Assembly: GCA_017651185.1 (NCBI GenBank)
Contig: JAGCDJ010000022.1
Coordinates: 26,688 to 90,687 of the forward strand
DNA from: Bacteroidales bacterium
GTDB lineage: Bacteria; Bacteroidota; Bacteroidia; Bacteroidales; ML635J-15
Reading direction: 5' to 3'
Length of the DNA: 64,000 nucleotides
Under the pieces are notes generated by a model. That model was not told where the DNA came from, did no database searches, and saw only the letters and a list, made by a program, of their open reading frames with translations. The position numbers and the translations under genes were made by a program. The first letter of the stretch is position 1. Every line of letters starts with the position of its first letter. Shown piece by piece: positions 1 through 10,154 of the stretch.

Positions 1-197
1 TCGCGGTCCATGTCACCAGTGCAAAAACGATAGACAGGGAAACGCAACTCCCACACATCGCGACTGCTATCTGTCTCCAAGACAACATTATACAATGAGT
101 CGTTGACCTTTTCGAGCGAAAAACCGCCATTGTCGGTTGCCGTAGCACACGAGACAAAAAGTGTCGCCACTATTGATATTACGAGTACTAACCTCAT
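1..197 (-). CDS. hypothetical lipoprotein, N-terminal fragment (gene continues past the left edge)
   Basis: Not in the ORF track because it is open at position 1. The reverse complement from the ATG at 197-195 reads MRLVLVISIVATLFVSCATATDNGGFSLEKV..., a signal peptide plus lipobox-like VSC. A TACCTTTG promoter-type motif lies on the same strand at 211-204. Confidence 0.45.
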   Translation of the reverse strand, partial: MRLVLVISIVATLFVSCATATDNGGFSLEKVNDSLYNVVLETDSSRDVWELRFPVYRFCTGDMDR

Positions 198-388
198 TGG
201 GTACAAAGGTAAGAAAAATTTCAAAAAACGCGTAATGTCATGCAGAACTTGTTTCAGCATCTGTTTACGCGTTTTTTTTGTTTCTATGACTGTGCCGTTT
301 CTAAGTTTCTAAGTTTCTGTGTCAATAAACATCTTTTTCCAATCAAAAAGCAAAAACAATTCATTATATTCGCAAAAAATTTAAAATT

Positions 389-1555
389 ATGATTTACGAT
401 TTCACTTATCAAAATCCGACTAAAATACATTTCGGTAAAAATGCGATTGAACATCTTCCTGAAGAATTGAAAAATTTCGGAAGCAACATTTTGCTAGTTT
501 ATGGCAAAAACTCAATAAAAGCAACTGGTCTTTACGACAAAATAATGAAAATTTTAAGCGACTGTGACAAAAAGGTAACCGAACTTGCAGGAATAAACTC
601 CAATCCCCGTTACTCGCAGGTGATGGCAGGCGCAAAACTCGTTCGCGACAACAACATTGACCTCATTCTAGCCGTTGGTGGAGGAAGCGTTGTCGACTGC
701 TCGAAAGGCATTGCCGCATCGGCATACTACAACGGTGATGCATGGAAGCACTACTGGGAAGAACAAGGTCCACTTGAAAACAAAGTCGTACCCGTTGCAT
801 CAGTGCTTACAATGACAGGAACCGCCTCGGAAATGAATACTGGTTCGGTAATCACCAACGAGGACAAAAAGCTGAAACTCGGACGAGTATTCCCCTTCCC
901 CGACCTTTGCCCAAAATTTTCGATCCTAAACCCAGAATACACATATACCGTTCCTAAGATTCAGATGGTCAGTGGCATAGCCGACATTTTCTCTCACCTC
1001 ATGGAACAATATTTCGGTGGCGAGGACGACTGCACAAGCGACTACCTGCTCGAAGGCGTGATGCTGTCGCTCATAAATTCATCGCGCAAGGCAATCATAG
1101 ATCCACACGACTACGAAGCACGAAGCAATATAATGTGGTGTGCAACAATGGGATTGAACAAGATTCTTGCACTGTCGAAAATGCAGGACTGGGAAGTACA
1201 CATGATAGAACACCAGCTCGGTGCATACACCGACTGCCCGCACGGAATTGGTCTTGCAATAATATCGCCGGCATACTACCGCTACATATACAAATACGGT
1301 CTGCCGAAATTCGTTCGCTTCGCAAAGAACATCTGGCATGTAGATACAACAGGCAAAACCGATGAACAGATTGCCCTTGAAGGAATTGCATGCCTCGAAT
1401 CGTTCTTCCGTGAACTAGGAATTCCATCCACACTCCGCGAAGTTGGAACCACCGAAGACATGCTTCCGCTTATTGCAAAATCGACAATTCCAGGCGGCGG
1501 ATACAAGAAAATGGAAGCCGATGACATTTTAATCGTACTGAAAAATTGTTTCTAA
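389..1555 (+). CDS. iron-containing (group III) alcohol dehydrogenase, butanol-dehydrogenase-like
   Basis: 388-aa ORF with the GGGSVVDCSK motif and the histidine-rich HMIEHQLG...CPHGIGLA metal site typical of Fe-ADH. Confidence 0.9.
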   Translation: MIYDFTYQNPTKIHFGKNAIEHLPEELKNFGSNILLVYGKNSIKATGLYDKIMKILSDCDKKVTELAGINSNPRYSQVMAGAKLVRDNNIDLILAVGGGSVVDCSKGIAASAYYNGDAWKHYWEEQGPLENKVVPVASVLTMTGTASEMNTGSVITNEDKKLKLGRVFPFPDLCPKFSILNPEYTYTVPKIQMVSGIADIFSHLMEQYFGGEDDCTSDYLLEGVMLSLINSSRKAIIDPHDYEARSNIMWCATMGLNKILALSKMQDWEVHMIEHQLGAYTDCPHGIGLAIISPAYYRYIYKYGLPKFVRFAKNIWHVDTTGKTDEQIALEGIACLESFFRELGIPSTLREVGTTEDMLPLIAKSTIPGGGYKKMEADDILIVLKNCF

Positions 1556-1570
1556 CAAATAACAACGAAA

Positions 1571-2404
1571 ATGAAAAACTATTTCTTTAAAACAGCAACT
1601 ATTATAATTACCACGATTATTGTTGCATCATGTTCATCTAATGGCGACAAACCTGCCACAACCGAAACATCCGAAGCCGAAAATCATAAAATAGACACTC
1701 TAATTGCAATACAAGACAGTCCGCAACAAATGCCAGCCTATCTTTTTGCAGGACAATATGACGAATTGCTGAATGAGATTTTGCCAGAAGGAACAGCCGA
1801 ATCTTCGATTAATGCATTTCTGCTTGAGCGAGGCGACAAAATGGTGCTTTTTGATGCAGGACTTGGCGAAGAACGCAACGGACAACTGCTTGCAAAACTT
1901 GACTCACTAGGCATAAAAACCGAACAGATAACCGACATTTGCATAACTCATTTCCATGGTGACCACATCGGTGGATTGCTTACGGCAAATGGAGAGGCTG
2001 TTTTCAAAAATGCAAAATTGCATTTTTCCGACTTGGAATTGGAAGCATGGACAACAGGACCTCTTCAAGACAGAAACGAACAGGTAAACAGCATGCTTAC
2101 TGCATACGCAGACCGATATGAAACATTTCATGCCGGCGATACGATTATTGATGGAATCGTAACCATTGCTGCACCAGGACACACGCCAGGACATACATTG
2201 TTCGATATTGGCGATGCAATAATTGTTGGCGACCTTCTACACGCAGTTGACCTACAAATCGAACATCCCGAATTTTCGTCATTATATGATTTTAATCCGC
2301 TAGAGGCCAGAGAAACAAGAATATCGATGTTAGAAAAAATCCGCAACTCGCACAAGCCAATGGCTGGAATGCACTTTCCTGAACCGTTCATTATAAAACT
2401 ATAG
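1571..2404 (+). CDS. MBL-fold metallo-hydrolase, lipoprotein
   Basis: HxHxDH motif (ITHFHGDHIGG). The N-terminal signal ends in VASCSS (lipobox). Confidence 0.85.
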   Translation: MKNYFFKTATIIITTIIVASCSSNGDKPATTETSEAENHKIDTLIAIQDSPQQMPAYLFAGQYDELLNEILPEGTAESSINAFLLERGDKMVLFDAGLGEERNGQLLAKLDSLGIKTEQITDICITHFHGDHIGGLLTANGEAVFKNAKLHFSDLELEAWTTGPLQDRNEQVNSMLTAYADRYETFHAGDTIIDGIVTIAAPGHTPGHTLFDIGDAIIVGDLLHAVDLQIEHPEFSSLYDFNPLEARETRISMLEKIRNSHKPMAGMHFPEPFIIKL

Positions 2405-2410
2405 TCGAAC

Positions 2411-2878
2411 ATGACAAAAGAGGAAAAATACGAAACCCTTCTTGCGCAGGTAAAAGCATTCGCAGATGCAGAAAATGACGGAATCGCTCTTATGGCAAAT
2501 GTTGCCGCCATCATACACGAAACAATGGACTTCTGGTGGACTGGCTTCTACCGAGTTGTAGGGCAAGAACTTGTGCTAGGACCGTTCCAAGGACCAGTCG
2601 CATGCACCCGAATAGCTTTCGGACGAGGAGTTTGCGGAACATCGTGGAAAGAAAAACGCACGATAGTTGTCGATGATGTAGAACAATTCAAAGGGCACAT
2701 TGCATGCAGCAGCGCATCGAAAAGCGAGATTGTTGTACCTATTTTCAGCAACGACGAAGTAGTTGCCGTTCTTGACATCGACAGCGAAAAACTCGCGACA
2801 TTTGACGATACCGATAAAAAATACCTAGAAAAGATTACAACACTCTATTTGTCGCCAAAATCGACATTCTTAAGATAG
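2411..2878 (+). CDS. GAF domain protein, YebR / free methionine-R-sulfoxide reductase-like
   Basis: 155 aa. The conserved block FYRV...LVLGPFQGPVACTRIAFGRGVCGT...IACSSASKSEIVVPI matches the single-GAF fRMsr family pattern. Confidence 0.8.
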   Translation: MTKEEKYETLLAQVKAFADAENDGIALMANVAAIIHETMDFWWTGFYRVVGQELVLGPFQGPVACTRIAFGRGVCGTSWKEKRTIVVDDVEQFKGHIACSSASKSEIVVPIFSNDEVVAVLDIDSEKLATFDDTDKKYLEKITTLYLSPKSTFLR

Positions 2879-3450
2879 TCGGCGGCAACACACATTTCCT
2901 TGTACCACTCTTCGCCATATTTGCGGATTAGTGGTTCTTTCAAATACTCGAAAATCTTGACATTGCGCTCGTTACCGAGTTTTACCGCATCCTTGCAAAT
3001 GTTCCACACATCGTAGTTTACCGCCTCAAACGATGCATACCTCTTAACCCTTATCGGATACAGGTGGCATGAAATCGGCTTGCGGAAATCGACAAGACCT
3101 TCCTCCCACGCCTTTTCTATCTCGCAATAAATGATGCCATCGGCATTGCGGTTGGCAAAAACACAAGCACCAGCTTTGCCAATAATAGAAGTAGTAAGCT
3201 CGCCCTCAATATCCAGCATTGAAACGCCATTCTCATCAATGACAGCTTTCGCCTCATCAGATAGGCGTGGATATATTGTCGGAAGGATTTCCTTCAGTTT
3301 TTCTTCCTCTGCCTTTTCGAGAGGAGCACCCGAGTCACCTTCAACACAACATATTCCCTTGCATTTGGCAATGTCGCAAGCGAAGCACTTCCGAAAGACA
3401 TCAAAATGAACTACCTTGTCATCAATCTCAATCATAGCATCAAATTTCAA
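2845..3450 (-). CDS. DUF3109-like cysteine-rich protein
   Basis: 201 aa. The N-terminus FRKCFACDIAKCKGICCVEGDSGAPL resembles the Bacteroidota DUF3109 family. Its 3' end overlaps the convergent GAF gene by 34 nt. Confidence 0.65.
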   Translation of the reverse strand: MKFDAMIEIDDKVVHFDVFRKCFACDIAKCKGICCVEGDSGAPLEKAEEEKLKEILPTIYPRLSDEAKAVIDENGVSMLDIEGELTTSIIGKAGACVFANRNADGIIYCEIEKAWEEGLVDFRKPISCHLYPIRVKRYASFEAVNYDVWNICKDAVKLGNERNVKIFEYLKEPLIRKYGEEWYKEMCVAADYLKNVDFGDK

Positions 3451-4348
3451 TTTCTAATCCATCGCGAGCCTCGATAGCATCGGGAAAAACCGACCTTGCC
3501 TCCGTCATAATTTCTAAAGTCGGATAACGAGTAGAAAAATGTCCGAGTACCAAGCGTTTAGCATATATGCTCTTTGCAAGTTCTGTAGCCTGAATAGTCG
3601 TTGTATGGCATGTCAGCTTTGCAAGTTCGGCATCTTTATCCATAAAAGTTGCCTCGTGGTAAAGCAAATCGACATTTGCAGCGAAATCGGCAAGCCGCTT
3701 CAGCGGCAGAGTGTCGGAACAATAGACATAAGTTTTAGGAACAGGCGGAAGTATAGTTGCATCATCGCTTTTCAAAACGGAACCATTGTCCAGAACAACA
3801 TCCTCACCCCTTTTCAGGTTGACAATCTGTGCAATCGACAGGTTGTAGTCCTCAATTAATTCCTTACGGATGTTTCTCTCCTTTTCTCTCTCTCGGAAAA
3901 GGAATCCCCATGTTGGCTTAGTATGCACAAGTGGAAAACTGAACACTTCAAGGTTTTTGTCGCTGTGGATAAGATTTATTCCATCGGGATTTAGATAGTT
4001 GTAATTGACCTTAAAACCAAGATCGTGGTCTAGAGAAGCGAAAAGGTTGGAACATATTTGTTCGAGCTTTTCGGGACAATATATGTTAAGTTCAGTCTTG
4101 CGACCAAGCATCGAAAATGTAGAAAGCAGTCCGAACAGACCGAAAATGTGGTCGCCATGTATGTGCGAAATGAAAATATTCCTTAGTCTTCCGAAAGACA
4201 AGGAATATTCTCGCATTCTTATCTGCGCACCTTCACCACAATCAATAAGATACGGAGTAGCATTATACATTACGACCTGCGATGAAGTCTGCCGATGCAC
4301 TGTCGGCAATGCAGAGCTGCTTCCCAGTATCCTAATGGAAAAGGACAT
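3440..4348 (-). CDS. rnz: ribonuclease Z
   Basis: 302 aa. N-terminus MSFSIRILGSSSALPT, HIHGDH metallo-beta-lactamase motif, and the length and layout of short-form RNase Z. Confidence 0.88.
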   Translation of the reverse strand: MSFSIRILGSSSALPTVHRQTSSQVVMYNATPYLIDCGEGAQIRMREYSLSFGRLRNIFISHIHGDHIFGLFGLLSTFSMLGRKTELNIYCPEKLEQICSNLFASLDHDLGFKVNYNYLNPDGINLIHSDKNLEVFSFPLVHTKPTWGFLFREREKERNIRKELIEDYNLSIAQIVNLKRGEDVVLDNGSVLKSDDATILPPVPKTYVYCSDTLPLKRLADFAANVDLLYHEATFMDKDAELAKLTCHTTTIQATELAKSIYAKRLVLGHFSTRYPTLEIMTEARSVFPDAIEARDGLEIEI

Positions 4349-5004
4349 TATTCAACTGTAGGTTTTTCCTCTTCAACGACTTCGGCCTCTGCCTCTACGG
4401 TTTCCACCTCAACATTTTGACCATCTGTAAGCAGATTTTCGTTGAACAACTTTATAACCTTGCGAACCATGAACGACTCGAAAAGCAAAACCAATCCGAG
4501 CAAAATCATCAGTACGCCAAGAGCTATTGCCATTACCTTGTTGCCAAATTCCGGGTCGCGAATGAACATGTAGCCAAGTACTGCTACAGCAATCAGAACG
4601 AGCAACGATGAAATCAAGTAAACCAGCGAAAGTTTGGATTTCTTTTCGCGGTAAACCAAAGTTACTATCAACATTCCCACTGCAAAAAGAAGAATTATTG
4701 CTCCGAGAATTATTGCAAAAATCCTTGTCAACTGTGCTGCGAAACAGAATAAAAGTACGCCACCAATTAGAGCAAAGGCGAACATTACTATCATTAATGT
4801 CTTTTCGAGCTTTGAATCACCATCTTTACTCTTAACTATACGCATTACAAGCATGAACAAACTCATGAGAGCAATAGCACCACCGGCAATCTGAATCAGG
4901 TGTTCGAAGAAATCTTCGCCGCACACTATTGCGACAACACCAATTATTGCAAGGACAATACCACTGATTGTCATGGAATTAGCAACAAATAACGACTTTT
5001 TCAT
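4348..5004 (-). CDS. multi-pass membrane protein (DUF308/HdeD-like?) with acidic C-terminal tail
   Basis: 218 aa. About 6 hydrophobic helices with repeated G-x3-I/L-x2-G patterns and a C-terminal EVETVEAEAEVVEEE tail. The family assignment is tentative. Confidence 0.55.
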   Translation of the reverse strand: MKKSLFVANSMTISGIVLAIIGVVAIVCGEDFFEHLIQIAGGAIALMSLFMLVMRIVKSKDGDSKLEKTLMIVMFAFALIGGVLLFCFAAQLTRIFAIILGAIILLFAVGMLIVTLVYREKKSKLSLVYLISSLLVLIAVAVLGYMFIRDPEFGNKVMAIALGVLMILLGLVLLFESFMVRKVIKLFNENLLTDGQNVEVETVEAEAEVVEEEKPTVE

Positions 5005-5093
5005 ATTTATAAAAATTTACTATGTTATATTCAACGAAAAAAGCCCCAAAGACATAAATCTCGGAGCTAAATATCTTTTTCACACAATAAGAA

Positions 5094-5444
5094 TTAGAAT
5101 CTCTTTTCTTTGATTCTAGCCTTCTTACCAGTAAGTTCGCGCAGGTAGTAAATCTTAGCCCTACGAACTCTACCGTACTTGTTAACATCAATAGAATCAA
5201 TAAACGGAGATGCGAACGGGAAAACTCTTTCTACACCGAATGTACCCGACATCTTGCGCACTGTGAAAGTTGCTGTGCGACCTGTTCCGTTAAGCTGTAT
5301 CACTACGCCTCTGAACTGCTGGATTCTCTCCTTGTTACCTTCCTTAATCTTATAGCTTACTGTGATAGTATCACCTGCCTTGAACTTTGGGAACTCCTTT
5401 ACCTGTTCCAAATTCTGTTCAACAATATTCATTAAATTCATCAC
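5094..5444 (-). CDS. rplS: 50S ribosomal protein L19
   Basis: 116 aa. [30 protein letters not shown] is the canonical L19 core. Confidence 0.95.
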   Translation of the reverse strand: MMNLMNIVEQNLEQVKEFPKFKAGDTITVSYKIKEGNKERIQQFRGVVIQLNGTGRTATFTVRKMSGTFGVERVFPFASPFIDSIDVNKYGRVRRAKIYYLRELTGKKARIKEKRF

Positions 5445-5592
5445 GAAAACTTTTTATTATTCCTTAAAATTTTTGGACTGCAATATTAGTGCTTTTTTTT
5501 CACATAGAATAATTTTTTGCCCGCTTTTTTAAAAATTGTTACTAACAATTTATTTACAACACTACGCTTTTGATTATCAACAAGTTAACAAA

Positions 5593-7632
5593 TTATTTCA
5601 TAAACTTTATTATCAGTATTTCGCAGATAATGAAAAGCAATGCAAGCAAAACGAAGTATTTCCAAAGTGATTTTCCTTCGGAAATTTCCTTAAAGTCGGA
5701 CAAAGTTCGCTCCATATTGTCGAACCTGAAGATGGATGCACGACCTGAAAATTTCTGCGTGTTTATGTCCTCAAGTCCCTCTTCGGTCAGATAGTCCTGC
5801 ATGGATTCGTTTCGGCTGTAGTTGAGCGCAAGGCAAGAAACAGTATCTCCATTCGCGCATAGTCCATATATGCCCGATGATTTCAAACTGCTTGGCATAA
5901 AGACATTCAGCACGCCAGAATTGTAGCGTACATCGACAAGCGAAGTTTCACCCTTCGCATCATATATATTATAGGTATTGCCTATTTCATAATTGTCGAT
6001 ACGAGTTGGAACTATTGTTTCCGCCCCTATTGTCGCATAAAGTGAAATAACCAACTGACTATTCATTGCCATGTTGTAAAGCGCAGGTGAAAAGACAACG
6101 CTTTTTGCAAAATCGGCATTCACCTTGTCGATTGGCGCGGCGAACACATACAATTTTCCACCGCCATAGTCGCCAGCCACAAGCACAGGACTTGCATTTT
6201 CGAGCGTCAGCACCGGCGAAAATGCCGCCTTCGAGAACAACGACATCTTATGCGTAAGTTCCATGCTTGGCAAACTGCCCTGCTTTTCCTCCTTTGCAAA
6301 GACGTTTCGGAAAAGACTATTATTGTAATCAATGCCATACAATTTGACTTCGCGAGCTGTTGTACCATCAAACTTGCCTAAGGCAAACAATTCGAGGAAA
6401 CTATTGAGCGATTCATAATTAATCGTGCTACCCGGAATCAAGCAAACAGAACCTCCACCATTTACAAAGGTTTTAAGTCGTTCTGCCAAGCCAGATGACA
6501 TTTCCGACACAGAATTCAGCACTACCAAATCGTAGTCGTTGACATTCACATCCGACTCATGTCCCTGCTTCACCTGATTGAAAAGGAAATTGCCTTCATC
6601 GTTGCCGAACAATGCATTTAGATAACGGCTTTCGTCATTAGCATTTATCGCCAAAATCCTTGTCTTATCGGATATTGCATAACTGAAATACAAGATGTTA
6701 TCGTAAACAATCGGGTAATCGGAAATTTCGAGCCGTGCGGCAACATTTCCAGCAGTTGTGTTCTGGTAAGCAACATCGACATCCACCGACTCGCCAGCCT
6801 CGACATTGAAACTTGTCATCGCCTTGAGCGAATCGTTTATGTACAACTGCAAAGGAATGTCGTAGAACCCTTCGTTAGACTTGTTTGCAATCCTCACAGT
6901 CAGCAATTCGTTCTGTCCAACCCTATGCACTGGACTGTCGAACCAGCATGTATCAACATACAAGTTGTTAACCTTCGTTGGATTAAGCGACAGCAGCACG
7001 ATATTGATATTACTGTCGAGTTCGGTTTCGATGTCATCGAACATATACTTTTGCATGTCGGAAATAACATACAGCGAAGCACTTTCTCCGTTTCGAGCAT
7101 AGACATTCGCCTTAGAAATCAAATCGTTAACCCTCAACGAATTTGCTGTTATCGAACAATCATCAATGCTTGTCACCACCTGGTCGCGGTTGAGAGTTGC
7201 ACGGTAATCGGAATTGCAATCGTTCGACATGAACACATAGTTCATTGATGGCGAATTGGAATACACCAAATCCTTTGCTATCTGCTTTGCCTGGTCGAAC
7301 ATCTTTCCGTTTCCTGCATCGGCGTCCATGCTGAACGAATTGTCAATGTATATTATTGAAAGGTCGGAAATCTTGTCGTTTGACTTTTCTCCAGTCGGAA
7401 TGTAAGGACCAGCAAAAACGAATACCAGCATCGCAATCGTAAGCATTCGTGCAATGAGAATGAGTATCTGCTTCAGCTTGGTCTTTGTGCGCGTCTCCTT
7501 CTTTATGTCCTCGATGAATGAAGTGTTACTGAAATACACAACTTTTGGTTTACGGAAGTTTATCAGGTGAATTATCACCGGAATAGCCATCGCAAACAAA
7601 GCCCAGAGGAAAGAAAGATTTAAGAATGACAT
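5593..7632 (-). CDS. BatA-domain (N-terminal double-transmembrane) protein
   Basis: 679 aa. The N-terminus MSFLNLSFLWALFAMAIPVIIHLINFRKPKVVYFSNTSFI matches the BatA N-terminal double-TM domain. A C-terminal TM helix is present. Confidence 0.75.
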   Translation of the reverse strand: MSFLNLSFLWALFAMAIPVIIHLINFRKPKVVYFSNTSFIEDIKKETRTKTKLKQILILIARMLTIAMLVFVFAGPYIPTGEKSNDKISDLSIIYIDNSFSMDADAGNGKMFDQAKQIAKDLVYSNSPSMNYVFMSNDCNSDYRATLNRDQVVTSIDDCSITANSLRVNDLISKANVYARNGESASLYVISDMQKYMFDDIETELDSNINIVLLSLNPTKVNNLYVDTCWFDSPVHRVGQNELLTVRIANKSNEGFYDIPLQLYINDSLKAMTSFNVEAGESVDVDVAYQNTTAGNVAARLEISDYPIVYDNILYFSYAISDKTRILAINANDESRYLNALFGNDEGNFLFNQVKQGHESDVNVNDYDLVVLNSVSEMSSGLAERLKTFVNGGGSVCLIPGSTINYESLNSFLELFALGKFDGTTAREVKLYGIDYNNSLFRNVFAKEEKQGSLPSMELTHKMSLFSKAAFSPVLTLENASPVLVAGDYGGGKLYVFAAPIDKVNADFAKSVVFSPALYNMAMNSQLVISLYATIGAETIVPTRIDNYEIGNTYNIYDAKGETSLVDVRYNSGVLNVFMPSSLKSSGIYGLCANGDTVSCLALNYSRNESMQDYLTEEGLEDINTQKFSGRASIFRFDNMERTLSDFKEISEGKSLWKYFVLLALLFIICEILIIKFMK

Positions 7633-7703
7633 TTACGATTTACGATTTTTGATTGACGATTTTATTCCTTTTAGTCATGCGGAACTTGTTTCAGCATCTG
7701 TTC

Positions 7704-8438
7704 CTATTTTTTTATCAGCAAATTCTCAATTCCACAGCTGTCGTTGAATGTACTAATGTCAACACCGCCATCGATACCATCTATGGTGCCGACATACGAA
7801 TCGGTCTGCCAGAGAGTATATTTGCTTGTACTAGGAATTGTCGGATTAGACATCCAGAACATATAGTCGGAAAAATCCTTTTTCAACCTCTTGTGATATA
7901 CGCCAACTGAACAACAAATTATAGGTTTCACACCGCAATATTCCTCCACCTTACCCAAGAACGACTTCAGTGCAGCAGAAAACTCTTCCTTTGACGACCT
8001 CTTGAATTCACATTCAGCAAAAACCGCAGGTACAAGGTCCTGATCGTCGACTTTTACGGTCTTCTTGAAGTTCTTGAACTGGTCTTCAGGAGTTGAAGTC
8101 ATACGGAAATAATGAGCAGAACCAACCTTCAGACCTGCCTTGCGTGCCGCCTTTAACGACTTCTTGTATTTAGAATCCTGCACAGATGCGCCATCGGTTG
8201 CCTTAAGATATACAAACTGCACCAACGAATCCTGAGCCACCTTGTCCCAGTCGTTTACTTTGTTTTCGTGTGACAACAAAATACCATCATAAATAGTGGA
8301 GTCGCCCATATAGTTGGGTTCTTCTTGTCTAATCTCCGCGTATGACTTAGTTGTAGAATCTCCTGTCTCGGCAGAACCACCACACGAGGCAAAAAATACA
8401 ACCAAACATAAAACTACAAATACCAACAAGTTCTTCAT
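7704..8438 (-). CDS. GH25-type lysozyme/muramidase lipoprotein
   Basis: ORF 7704..8501. The internal ATG at 8438 gives MKNLLVFVVLCLVVFFASCGG (signal + lipobox). FVYLKATDGASVQDSKYKKSLKAARKAGLKVGSAHYF resembles the GH25 core. Confidence 0.65.
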   Translation of the reverse strand: MKNLLVFVVLCLVVFFASCGGSAETGDSTTKSYAEIRQEEPNYMGDSTIYDGILLSHENKVNDWDKVAQDSLVQFVYLKATDGASVQDSKYKKSLKAARKAGLKVGSAHYFRMTSTPEDQFKNFKKTVKVDDQDLVPAVFAECEFKRSSKEEFSAALKSFLGKVEEYCGVKPIICCSVGVYHKRLKKDFSDYMFWMSNPTIPSTSKYTLWQTDSYVGTIDGIDGGVDISTFNDSCGIENLLIKK

Positions 8439-8566
8439 TTCAATATTTTTTTTGCAAAGATACAGCAAAGATTTGTATTGGCAAAAAGCACAAAATGCCA
8501 CAACAAAAAAAATCCCGCTCCAAAATTGGAACGGGACTTTTTATTATTGTAATTCGTTTTGAATTA

Positions 8567-9220
8567 TTATTCTGCTACTTCAGAATTCTTAATCTTAATC
8601 CAACCAACAATATTCAATACCAATGCTGCGATTGATCCAAGACCACCGATAAAACCGAGGAAAGGAATTGCACCTACAACACCACAGCAGAGAGCGATTA
8701 TTGCAGCGATGAACAAAAGCTTAGCACCGTCCTTGCCAGGGAATGTTTCAGAAGCTTTGAGCTTTGAGTAAGCAATGAGGGTGAAAATGTAAGCGATAAC
8801 ACTGAGAACCAAGCAAGCGAGACCGATTACTACTGACAATGTACCGATTACTGCCAAATCACCTGACAACAAAACGAGGAAAATGCAAAGACCAATCAAT
8901 GATGATATAAGGCTTAAAAGAACTGCAGAACGCAATTTCTTTACTGCAGGAACATCATTCTCGTGTACAGCATTAGCCAAACCACCAAGAGTAATGTAAT
9001 AATAAATATTAGCAGCAACCACTAAAAGAGGAATAATAAGCACTGTCAAAATAGCCATAAATGGCATTGATGTACCTGCTGCTATTGCTGCGCCTAATTC
9101 CAAAGATGCTGTTGCAGCAACAAATGAAGTAAAAATAGAAGCTAAAATACCAAGGGCGGCTGTGATAACTACTGCCATAAACACCTTGTTCACTGCATTT
9201 TTATATGCTAACTTATCCAT
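8567..9220 (-). CDS. hypothetical multi-pass membrane protein
   Basis: 217 aa, almost entirely hydrophobic helices. No recognisable motif. Confidence 0.55.
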   Translation of the reverse strand: MDKLAYKNAVNKVFMAVVITAALGILASIFTSFVAATASLELGAAIAAGTSMPFMAILTVLIIPLLVVAANIYYYITLGGLANAVHENDVPAVKKLRSAVLLSLISSLIGLCIFLVLLSGDLAVIGTLSVVIGLACLVLSVIAYIFTLIAYSKLKASETFPGKDGAKLLFIAAIIALCCGVVGAIPFLGFIGGLGSIAALVLNIVGWIKIKNSEVAE

Positions 9221-9358
9221 AAAATTTTTTCTCGGTTATATCCCATCGAGCCATCGGTTTTAATAATTAACAAACATAATGCAAAGTTAAAGAAATCTTA
9301 AATCGCCACAAAATAAAATCGTAAATATTTTTATCAACAAACAATTGTGGAATATTTA

Positions 9359-10051
9359 TCAAAGACCTTTTGCCAACCACAGCAACAACATGACTACAAG
9401 AGCTATAACAATCACAATAATAGATGGTTTTCGCTGCGCCGACCTCAGTTTTTCCTCATACTCCTCGGAACCAATTTTTTCTTCAGGGAATTGGCTACTA
9501 ACCTTTTCCTCAACCACCTCATCAATAACATCTCCCAAAATATGACGAGTGCCGGGAGTATAATGCCGCGAAAGCAATCCTCTTTTATATTCTGTCTCCA
9601 TCTGGTCAACCAGTTTTTCAACTTCTCCCCTGCGTGCCTCATATTTTTTCAACCATTCATCATACGAATATTCCTTCAAACCGTTCTTCTTGCAAATATC
9701 GGTCTCATCATTGTTCCAGCATAGCGCTCCCTTTCCCTCGTATACCTTCAGAATCTGCTTGTTGGCAATGTCGGCGACGACAATAAGCGGAGTCCACCTT
9801 GCGTACTTCTCGGGAAGCAATCCCACTTCGTACTCAAAAAATCCATAGCAAGCCGAAAGCAGAAGTCTTTCGCCATCGTCACTCCAAATGTATTCGTGAA
9901 GTCCCATCAAAAAATAGAACGGCAGTACAAAATGCTCAGAATAGTCCTTGTTTAGATACACATGAATGTTCCTGTACATTTCTTGTCCAACTGCTTCCTC
10001 GCCTATAGCTTCTTCGAAACCAATATTGTACCAACTTGATTCGTTTGCCAT
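9359..10051 (-). CDS. hypothetical tail-anchored protein
   Basis: 230 aa. A soluble acidic N-terminal part and a single C-terminal TM helix (PSIIVIVIALVVMLLLWLA). No family recognised. Confidence 0.5.
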   Translation of the reverse strand: MANESSWYNIGFEEAIGEEAVGQEMYRNIHVYLNKDYSEHFVLPFYFLMGLHEYIWSDDGERLLLSACYGFFEYEVGLLPEKYARWTPLIVVADIANKQILKVYEGKGALCWNNDETDICKKNGLKEYSYDEWLKKYEARRGEVEKLVDQMETEYKRGLLSRHYTPGTRHILGDVIDEVVEEKVSSQFPEEKIGSEEYEEKLRSAQRKPSIIVIVIALVVMLLLWLAKGL

Positions 10052-10122
10052 GAAAAATATTTTGAGACAAATCTACGGATAATTTTCGGGAAAACAAAAA
10101 TGGAAAACTACAATATTTTGCT

Positions 10123-10130
10123 TAACTTTG
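10123..10130 (+). promoter_or_regulatory. Bacteroidota -7 promoter motif (TAACTTTG)
   Basis: Matches the TAnnTTTG consensus, 25 nt upstream of the sirtuin ATG at 10155. Confidence 0.45.
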
Positions 10131-10154
10131 CCCCGTTAACAAAGACATTCAACT

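Noticed and set aside
103-312. 69-aa plus-strand ORF at the left end
   Set aside because: It overlaps the better-supported minus-strand lipoprotein start and its promoter box. It has no motif support.
2845-2878. 34-nt overlap of the convergent 3' ends of the GAF gene and the DUF3109-like gene
   Set aside because: Both ORFs are well supported, and tail-to-tail overlaps of this size occur by chance. The last residues of the GAF ORF (LYLSPKSTFLR) may simply be a non-conserved tail. I see nothing regulatory.
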